From the NCBI GenBank assembly GCA_046758745.1, contig JBHIAV010000055.1, forward strand, positions 1-16,183: a stretch of DNA of 16,183 bases, in the 5' to 3' direction. A program made the position numbers and the translations under genes. Under the pieces are notes generated by a model. It was not told where the DNA came from. It did not search any database and was given only the letters and a program-made list of their open reading frames with translations. Origin of the DNA: Gemmatimonadota bacterium (lineage in GTDB: Bacteria; Gemmatimonadota; Gemmatimonadetes; Palauibacterales; Palauibacteraceae). Position 1 is the first letter of the stretch. Every line of letters begins with the position of its first letter. Positions 8,456 through 14,719 of the stretch are shown here, piece after piece.

Positions 8456-8863
8456 TCAGTCCTGCTTCCGCCGCGATTCCGGCGTCGGGGCCAGGAAGAA
8501 GGCGTAGGCGCTCAGGACCACGCCGATGAAGAGAGGGATGAGCCCGACCGTCCAGATCCGCGCCTCTCCGACGACCTCGTGCGGGACGATCAGCAGCCGC
8601 AAACCCACCGCGGCCGTTATGAAGCCGCCGAGTTTCTGACCCTCGCGGGGGCGGCGCATCGCGTTATCCTCCTCCTCCCGGATCATCTCGAGGAACGGCC
8701 TCGAATCGGCTTCCGGCCTGTCCGCGAGCTTCTTGAGGATCTCGCTCCGGCAGAAAGCCTCCCGTTCCCTCCTTCGCTCCTCACTCCAGGAGGCGACGGC
8801 CAGAAAGGTGTACAGGGCCACGCCACCGATGGCGGGAACCAACCCGGCGAAGAGTATCCCCAT
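8456..8863 (-). CDS. Membrane protein of the type found divergent to ECF sigma factors (DUF6249-like)
   Basis: C-terminal part of the 8456..9397 ORF: TM helix, then WSEERRREREAF..SEILKKLA, then REG.KLGG.ITAAVG and GLIPLFIGVVL. GGGGAGG lies 6 nt before ATG 8863 (alternatives 8869, GTG 8881). Confidence 0.75.
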   Translation of the reverse strand: MGILFAGLVPAIGGVALYTFLAVASWSEERRREREAFCRSEILKKLADRPEADSRPFLEMIREEEDNAMRRPREGQKLGGFITAAVGLRLLIVPHEVVGEARIWTVGLIPLFIGVVLSAYAFFLAPTPESRRKQD

Positions 8864-8917
8864 CAGCATCCTCCCCTTCACATTGCGTTCGGCATCCTGG
8901 TTCCTCCGTCCGCTCGG

Positions 8918-8951
8918 TGGGACGCGCCGCGCACCCGCGCGGTTGCGTTTT
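8918..8951 (-). promoter_or_regulatory. ECF-sigma promoter driving the membrane protein gene
   Basis: Minus strand AAAACGCAACC-N16-CGTCCCA. Confidence 0.75.
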
Positions 8952-8979
8952 CCAATCCGCGCGTGACCCGACCTGAGAC

Positions 8980-9013
8980 AAAATGCAACCGGATGCTTGG
9001 CCGTGGCGTCCCA
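8980..9013 (+). promoter_or_regulatory. ECF-sigma autoregulatory promoter
   Basis: AAAATGCAACC-N16-CGTCCCA ending 21 nt before the sigma GTG; matches the typical ECF AAC/CGT pattern and the divergent copy. Confidence 0.75.
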
Positions 9014-9034
9014 ATCCATGTAAGGAAGGGCCCG

Positions 9035-9598
9035 GTGCCCGAGGATCGAGATGCCCCTGACGTGCAACGTGTCCTGGCGGGAGACCTCTCCGCCTTCGAG
9101 GGGATCGTCCGGCGGTGGCAGGGACCACTCGTCAACCTGGCTTTCCGCTTCTGCCGGGACAGGAGCCGGGCCGGGGAGATGGCCCAGGAGGCGTTCATCA
9201 AGGCCTACAGGCCGCTGCGGGGCTGCCGAGCCGACTCCGCCTTCTCCACTTGGCTCTTCGCGGTGGCCGCGAACCTCGACCGTTCCAGGATGAGACGCCC
9301 GACCCCTCCCGAGGATTCCCTGGAGGTGATCGCGGAGCTGGCCGATCCGCGCTCGGCGCACGGCTTGCCGGGGGAGGATCGGCGGGAGATGGTGCACCGC
9401 GCGGGCGCCTCACTCCCCGCCGCGCACCGCGACGCGGTGATCCTGTACTACTTCCTCGATATGAACGTCGGGGCCGCCGCGCGCGCCCTCGGGCTGCCCA
9501 CGGGCACCATCAAGGCGAGGCCGCACCGCGGGCGGGATATGTGGCGCCGAAAGCTCCGCCCTATGTTCCCGTCAGGCACCGCGCCCGAGGAGACCTGA
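9035..9598 (+). CDS. RNA polymerase ECF-type sigma-70 factor (possibly degenerating)
   Basis: GTG 9035 with AAGGAAGG RBS. Region 2: LAGDLSAFEGIVRRWQ..EMAQEAFIKAY..FSTWLFAVAAN. Region 4: LPAAHRDAVILYYF..ALGLPTGTIKAR.HRGR. The track ORF 8579..9598 is over-extended at its 5' end. Confidence 0.9.
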   Translation: MPEDRDAPDVQRVLAGDLSAFEGIVRRWQGPLVNLAFRFCRDRSRAGEMAQEAFIKAYRPLRGCRADSAFSTWLFAVAANLDRSRMRRPTPPEDSLEVIAELADPRSAHGLPGEDRREMVHRAGASLPAAHRDAVILYYFLDMNVGAAARALGLPTGTIKARPHRGRDMWRRKLRPMFPSGTAPEET

Positions 9599-9600
9599 GA

Positions 9601-9948
9601 GTGGACGAACTGGTAAGTATCCTGGGGACGGAGCTTCCGATCAGACCCTCGCCGGAGTTCACCAGTTCGGTCATGCAGGCGATCCGCCGCGAAGCCGAGT
9701 CGCCGCCGACGCTTCCCTTCCCATGGCTGAAGGTCCCGCCCGGGGCGCTGGCTGCTGGCCTCCTGCTCCTCGGCGGCCTCATCGCCCTGCCCCACCTTCC
9801 GGCGCTACCCGGCTCAAGGGCCGCTGACCCGGTCGGGGAGCTCGCCGTGAACGTGCCGGCGGAGCCGGCCGCGCACCTGGTCTCGGCGTTATCGGCCAGC
9901 TGTCTGTGCTTGCGACTTTTCCTGCCCATCGCCGGCGATCGCCCCTGA
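9601..9948 (+). CDS. Putative membrane-anchored anti-sigma factor
   Basis: GTG 2 nt after the sigma stop, with GAGGAG RBS. PSPEFTSSVMQAIRRE..PPTLPFPW followed by two hydrophobic segments, a typical ECF-partner layout. Confidence 0.7.
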   Translation: MDELVSILGTELPIRPSPEFTSSVMQAIRREAESPPTLPFPWLKVPPGALAAGLLLLGGLIALPHLPALPGSRAADPVGELAVNVPAEPAAHLVSALSASCLCLRLFLPIAGDRP

Positions 9949-9974
9949 TCCGGCGGCGCCGCACCGGGGTCGAT

Positions 9975-10259
9975 TCAGCGCAGATCCTTGCGCACCTCGG
10001 CGATCCGCTTCTCCAGCCGCTCCTTGCGCTTCAACAGCGCCTCCACATCCGCCGTGGTGTCCATGCCCGTCAGCCCGGCGGCGCGGCCGGCGGCAGCGAT
10101 CTGATCGTTGACCGAGGCCAGCTCCTTCTCGAGATCGCGGAGCCTGCGCTGTTCCTCGCTCATCTCGGTCGGGAACAGGCTGACGTGCCCGGTGCGCACG
10201 TAGTTCACGCCGACCCAGGCGCCGGCGAGCACCAGCATCAGCAGGACGAGCTTTTTCAT
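9975..10259 (-). CDS. Hypothetical small protein, N-terminal membrane anchor plus coiled coil (94 aa)
   Basis: GGAGG RBS 5 nt upstream; MKKLVLLMLVLAGAWVGV; heptad-like LRDLEKELASVNDQI and LLKRKERLEKRIAEV. Confidence 0.8.
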   Translation of the reverse strand: MKKLVLLMLVLAGAWVGVNYVRTGHVSLFPTEMSEEQRRLRDLEKELASVNDQIAAAGRAAGLTGMDTTADVEALLKRKERLEKRIAEVRKDLR

Positions 10260-10353
10260 CGGAACCTCCCTGAGGGGTGGAACGCGGGGACAGCTGCCAC
10301 CTCCGCACCGTGGCCGACGGCGGCGTTGGTGCTCGCGGCGCGGCTGATCCGAC

Positions 10354-12072
10354 CTAGGCGCCGTCTACGGCGGGCGCTACGTTGGAGGCCCCGGCCTGCG
10401 CCGTCCGTCCCTCGGGCATCACCGTGCCCTCGTGCCCCGGCGCTCCGGGGACCTTCGTCCGGATCGCGTGGGCTACCTTCCTCATCCCGTAGCGGCTCAC
10501 CAGGTAGTTGCGCGCAATGTGTGAGAGACCCCACGAGATGTCGAGCGCGCTCCCCCGAAAGCGACGGAGGATCCCGGTCAACGAGTAGGCCTCGCGAAGG
10601 AAGTAATGGTATCCCTCCTGCAGCTGCTCGACGCTCATCCCCTTCGGGCGGATCAGGACGTGGGCCCCGTCGAACAGCGGCCAGTTGTAGTCCATCCCGA
10701 CGTCCGAATCCGGCGGACAATAGGCCCAGGGAAGCAGGCACTTGCCCTCGACCGCATCCCGGAACGTGCCCGTCCCGGGATAGGGCTGGATGATGTTGGC
10801 CACCACGAAGTCGATGTCGGTCTCGTAGATGAACTCGAGCGTCCGATCGAAACAGGAGATGTCGTCTCCATCCAGCCCGAAGACGAAAGCCCCCATGACA
10901 TTGATGCCGGCGTCGTGCACGCGCTGCACGCTTTCCTTCATCGACCTCGTGTCGTTCGACCACTTGTCGAGGCCGTCGATGGCCGGTTGGCTCACCGATT
11001 CGATTCCCAGGAAGAGGTCGCGACAGCCGCTCTCGTAGGCGAGCTTCAACAGCTCCGGCTTGCCGGCGACATCGATCGTCATCTCCCCTCCCCACGGACG
11101 TCCGAGGGGCCGAACCGCCTCGCACAGCGCTCTGAACGAACCGGGCGCGTTATACAGGTTGTCGTCCCAGAAGAAGAACTGGCGGCTGAATCCCGGGCCC
11201 ATGCCGGCGATCAGACGCTCTCCACATCGGGGCCCGATGATGGGGATCCTCACCAGAGCGCGGAGCACCGAATTGTAGAAGCCCGGCCCGACCCGATCGA
11301 CCGTCTCGCGGGTGACCGTCGGGCCCTGGCTCCGGATCTCCTCGGTGACGTCCGCCACATCGCGGTTGCGGACGGTTGGGCCGTTGGTCAGAAAGACCGC
11401 GCAGAAGCGGCAGTCGAGCTTGCACCCGCGGGCGTAATGTGTGGAGGCGACGATCTGCTGGGGCCTTCTCGTCAAGCCGCGCCAGATGCTCATGTCGAGG
11501 GCGAGGGTTCGCCGCCCGCGGATTCGATCGAAGTTGGCCCTGTAGACCGGCCTGACGGGTTGTCCCGCCTTGATGTCGTTGAGCAACGTGGAAGCCGCCC
11601 ACTCTCCTTCGCCGACGACGGCCGCATCGACGTGGCCTCGCCGCGTGCCCTCGTCCGGCACTGCGGAGGCGTGGGCCCCGCCGAAGACCACCGTTAGCCT
11701 CTTGCCCGCTGCAGCGTAAGCGGCCCGCGCCTCACGCGCCCGCCGGTACGCCTCCCGCGCCGAGTTCGTGTAGCCCGTGACGAACAGGAGATCGTGGTCA
11801 CCGCGCCTTAGGTCGACCTTGTCGCTGAGGATCCGCCCGAAGGCGATCGGGCCCTCGATCTTGTCGTGCTGCACCACCACCCGCGTGTCGTCCGCGAGGA
11901 CACCGTTCTTCCGGAAGAACCCAACCAGGTAGGGGAAACCGATCCCGGGGCTGCGCACGAACGGTCCGGTCCATCGCTCGAGGCACCCGAGCAGCCCCAG
12001 TCTCTTGACGGGCTCGTCGACCACATAGGAGTCACGGGGGGTGAGGCAGATCAGATTCCCGATGCTGGCCAT
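10354..12072 (-). CDS. Cobalamin (B12)-binding domain radical SAM protein (class B methyltransferase-like), 572 aa
   Basis: ATG 12072 with GGAGG RBS. B12-domain motifs (VFGGAHAS, VVGEGE), RGCKLDCRFC (CxxxCxxC, 11401-11424), FFFWDDN, GIES, FVFGLDGD, PYPGT. Confidence 0.93.
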   Translation of the reverse strand: MASIGNLICLTPRDSYVVDEPVKRLGLLGCLERWTGPFVRSPGIGFPYLVGFFRKNGVLADDTRVVVQHDKIEGPIAFGRILSDKVDLRRGDHDLLFVTGYTNSAREAYRRAREARAAYAAAGKRLTVVFGGAHASAVPDEGTRRGHVDAAVVGEGEWAASTLLNDIKAGQPVRPVYRANFDRIRGRRTLALDMSIWRGLTRRPQQIVASTHYARGCKLDCRFCAVFLTNGPTVRNRDVADVTEEIRSQGPTVTRETVDRVGPGFYNSVLRALVRIPIIGPRCGERLIAGMGPGFSRQFFFWDDNLYNAPGSFRALCEAVRPLGRPWGGEMTIDVAGKPELLKLAYESGCRDLFLGIESVSQPAIDGLDKWSNDTRSMKESVQRVHDAGINVMGAFVFGLDGDDISCFDRTLEFIYETDIDFVVANIIQPYPGTGTFRDAVEGKCLLPWAYCPPDSDVGMDYNWPLFDGAHVLIRPKGMSVEQLQEGYHYFLREAYSLTGILRRFRGSALDISWGLSHIARNYLVSRYGMRKVAHAIRTKVPGAPGHEGTVMPEGRTAQAGASNVAPAVDGA

Positions 12073-12124
12073 TGCGCCTCCATTCGCCGTCGCCCGTCGA
12101 ACGAGGCCCGAGCGAAGCGCACGG

Positions 12125-12153
12125 ACTCTATCGTGCCGGGAGTAGAAATGCAA
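12125..12153 (-). promoter_or_regulatory. Putative sigma70 promoter of the radical SAM gene
   Basis: Minus strand TTGCAT-17 nt-TAGAGT, about 50 nt upstream of ATG 12072. Confidence 0.55.
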
Positions 12154-12285
12154 TCGGGATCGACTGTCGGGTCCTGGCGAACGGATCTGACAACCGGCGG
12201 CACGATTTGGGGGCGCGACGGGCCGAGTGAGGATCAAGGGGGCGATGGCAACCCGCGAGGCGCGAGCTTAGGAGAGATGCCTCAC

Positions 12286-12314
12286 TTGACACTTCGCGGG
12301 CGCGGAACTAGGCT
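12286..12314 (+). promoter_or_regulatory. Putative sigma70 promoter of the homospermidine synthase gene
   Basis: Perfect TTGACA-17 nt-TAGGCT, 4 nt before ATG 12319. Confidence 0.6.
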
Positions 12315-12318
12315 CCGG

Positions 12319-13863
12319 ATGAAACGACACTGTGTCGCGAGAAAGCCCTTGACGCACCGCCATCGCCCCACCCGGGTCCTGATCATCGGTTACGGCGCCA
12401 TCGGCACCGCAGCGCTTCCCCTGCTCCTCGACCGCCTCCCGGTGCCCGCGGGGCGGGTCACCGTCGTGGATCGAGTGGACCGCCGTCGCGCCCTTCGTGC
12501 GTTTCTCGAGCGCGGCCTCCGCTTCGAGCGGCTCACGGTGACGAAGGAGAACCACGGCGCGCTGCTGCGGGAACGATTGGGACCCGGTGATCTCCTGATC
12601 GATCTTGCCTCCTTCATCGATACCCTGGCCCTGGTGGCATGGTGCCAGGGGCGCGGGGTCCTGTTCCTCAACTCCTCCATCGAGCGATGGCCCGGGGAAG
12701 AGGGCCTGTCGTATCGGCCGGAGGACGGTCTTCTCTACCCCCGGTTGTGGCGCTTCCGTAGATGGATGATCCGCCACGGGCGCTCCGACGGGCCGACCGC
12801 GGTCATCGATCATGGGGCCAACCCGGGCCTCGTGAGCCACTTCGTGAAACAGGGCCTGGAGCAGATCGCGGAGGCCGCTCTTGGCAGGTCCGCGGCTGCG
12901 AGGCGCCGGCACGCGGCCGCGCGCGACGCACTCGGGGCGCGGGCCTGGGGCCGCCTGGCCGAGGCCCTCGGCGTCCGAGTGATCCAGATCAGCGAGCTCG
13001 ACACCCAGGAGGCGGCCTCCTCCCGCCCGGGAGGGGAGTTCCAGTCCACCTGGTCGGCCGCCACGATGTACGAGGAGGCGTTGACCCTGTCGGAGCTCTG
13101 CTGGGGGACTCACGAGACGCGTGTTCCGGCTGGCGCTTCGACCTTCGAAGACGGACCGGGACACATGATCTGTCTTCCCGGATCGGGGATCGACACGTGG
13201 GTCGCGTCGTGGTCACCGGGGGGTCGCTTCCCGGGCATGCTGATCGGGCACGACGAGGCGTACACCATCGGCGAGCAGCTGACGGTGAAGGAGGGCGATC
13301 GCGTGCGCTACCGACCGACGGTGTACTTCGCCTATCAGCCCTGCCGCCCGACGCTCGATTCACTGTGCGAATGCGTGCAGACCGGAGGCATCTTGCAGCC
13401 GCGCGTCCGCGTGCTGACCGATGCCCTCGTATCGGGCTGCGATCAACTCGGCTGTCTCCTCATGGGACACCCGCAGAGGAGCTGGTGGATAGGGAGTCTG
13501 CTGTCCGTCAATGAGGCCCGTGCCCTCGCCGGACCCGAAGTCAACGCCACCACCCTTCAGGTTGCCGCCGCTCTGGCCGCGGGCCTCCAATGGCTGCTGG
13601 CGAACCCCACCGCCGGCCCCCGGCTCCCGGAGAACCTTCCGCACGAGGAGATCCTGCCCGCCGCGCGAAGGTACCTCGGACCATGCCTCTCGAGGCCGGT
13701 CGACTGGGGCCCGAGACGCGGCAGGGGAGACGGAAGGGATAGCTGGCGCTTCCAGGATTTCCGGACGGGCGACTCGCTCTGCACCGTCACCAACCTCCCC
13801 CCCACGCGTCGCCGGCCGCGGGATCCCATCCTTCCGGTCGATCTCGAAGACGCGATGGCGTGA
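12319..13863 (+). CDS. hss: Homospermidine synthase family protein (saccharopine dehydrogenase-like, NAD-dependent)
   Basis: GYGAIG Rossmann motif, HGANPGLVSHFVKQGL, ISELDTQ, EF.STWS, EL.WGTHE, H.EA.TI, YRPTVYFAY.PC, G.D.LG.LLMGH, NATTLQVAA, W.F.DF. Start 12319 or TTG 12349; the track start at 11866 overlaps the radical SAM gene. Confidence 0.92.
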   Translation: MKRHCVARKPLTHRHRPTRVLIIGYGAIGTAALPLLLDRLPVPAGRVTVVDRVDRRRALRAFLERGLRFERLTVTKENHGALLRERLGPGDLLIDLASFIDTLALVAWCQGRGVLFLNSSIERWPGEEGLSYRPEDGLLYPRLWRFRRWMIRHGRSDGPTAVIDHGANPGLVSHFVKQGLEQIAEAALGRSAAARRRHAAARDALGARAWGRLAEALGVRVIQISELDTQEAASSRPGGEFQSTWSAATMYEEALTLSELCWGTHETRVPAGASTFEDGPGHMICLPGSGIDTWVASWSPGGRFPGMLIGHDEAYTIGEQLTVKEGDRVRYRPTVYFAYQPCRPTLDSLCECVQTGGILQPRVRVLTDALVSGCDQLGCLLMGHPQRSWWIGSLLSVNEARALAGPEVNATTLQVAAALAAGLQWLLANPTAGPRLPENLPHEEILPAARRYLGPCLSRPVDWGPRRGRGDGRDSWRFQDFRTGDSLCTVTNLPPTRRRPRDPILPVDLEDAMA

Positions 13864-14080
13864 GCGCTTCGCGGACGCGGGGCGGTCTCCGAATGTGCTC
13901 GAGGGGCCACGCCCGTGCGGCCCACGGTCCCGGCCGCGTCCCGGTCCCCTCCAGCCGCCATTCCGGGGGGAGCGGGCTTCTTTGAACCACCGCTGGCAGG
14001 GGGGATGGTTCATGTCGGCCGTTTTCGGCTCCATGTCCGGAAAGCCACCACTTCACAATCTCACCCGCAAGTACTGATGG

Positions 14081-14092
14081 ATCAGTGGGTTG
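14081..14092 (+). promoter_or_regulatory. Putative IHF binding site
   Basis: ATCAGTGGGTTG matches ATCAR-N4-TTR and lies about 40 nt upstream of the -24 box. Confidence 0.4.
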
Positions 14093-14129
14093 CAATGTCC
14101 AGCGTGGAAGCATACGTTCATCTCGCTGG

Positions 14130-14145
14130 TGGCACCGCCGTTGCT
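14130..14145 (+). promoter_or_regulatory. Sigma54 (RpoN) -24/-12 promoter
   Basis: TGGCACCGCCGTTGCT matches TGGCAC-N5-TTGCW exactly; GGAGGTG RBS at 14166-14172 and ATG at 14180 follow. Confidence 0.85.
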
Positions 14146-14179
14146 TCTAAAGGGGGGGCCGGGCTGGAGGTGACGGACA

Positions 14180-14719
14180 ATGGCCCCTCATGAGTCGGGA
14201 GAAAGGAAAGAGACCGGGCAGAAAGGGTTCACTCTCGTCGAGCTGATGGTGGTCCTGGCCATCGTCGCGATCCTCGCGCTCATTCTGACGACCGGAGTTA
14301 CAGACATCCTCGACAGGACGCGGGCCACCCGGACGGTCAACGACATGCGGGTGATCTCCGCGGCCCTTGAAGGTTTCTATTTCGACCACGGTGCTTTCCC
14401 CGAGCTGAGCGGAATGGCGGAGGTCGGTGACCTCGTGTCCTCGCTGGTCCCGAACTACCTAAAGGCCCTGCCCACGACAGACGGTTGGGGCAACCCCATC
14501 TATTACGAGACGATCGTCGTCGATTCTGACGATGACGTCGACGGCGACGATGATGACGACGATGGGGACGACGATGACGACGATGGGGACGACGATGACG
14601 ACGACGATGATGACGACGATGGGGACGACGACCATCGGCGTTCGGTTAAGGCCTTTGATCTGATTGAGGGGGAGGGGAGTTGCGAAAGGGCCACGTCCTC
14701 TGTTCTCATTGGGTTATGA
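14180..14719 (+). CDS. Prepilin-type N-methylation protein (GspG-like pseudopilin/type IV pilin) with poly-Asp loop; interrupted by an IS at 14633
   Basis: QKG|FTLVELMVVLAIVAIL cleavage motif with Glu+5; ALEGFYFDHGAFP and LPTTDGWGNPIYY (GspG-like DPWG.PY.Y). Native part is 14180-14632; the last 28 aa (HRRSVK...) are read-through into the IS. Confidence 0.88.
   Translation: MAPHESGERKETGQKGFTLVELMVVLAIVAILALILTTGVTDILDRTRATRTVNDMRVISAALEGFYFDHGAFPELSGMAEVGDLVSSLVPNYLKALPTTDGWGNPIYYETIVVDSDDDVDGDDDDDDGDDDDDDGDDDDDDDDDDDGDDDHRRSVKAFDLIEGEGSCERATSSVLIGL
14522..14632 (+). repeat. GAY trinucleotide / 21-nt unit repeat encoding 31 Asp in 37 residues
   Basis: DSDDDVDGDDDDDDGDDDDDDGDDDDDDDDDDDGDDD; units GAC GAY GAT GAC GAC GAT GGG. 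Confidence 0.95.

Noticed and set aside
8456-9948. Long track ORFs 8456..9397, 8579..9598 and 9115..9948 as fusion proteins
   Set aside because: Their 5' extensions overlap neighbouring genes and promoters; RBS-supported starts are at 8863, 9035 and 9601.
11866-12318. N-terminal extensions of HSS (from 11866) and the radical SAM (from 12237) implying overlapping genes
   Set aside because: Recognisable domains, the radical SAM RBS and the promoters place the starts at about 12319 and 12072.
13953-13983. Intrinsic terminator after hss
   Set aside because: The stem needs two bulges and the U-tract is short; not distinguishable from GC-rich background.
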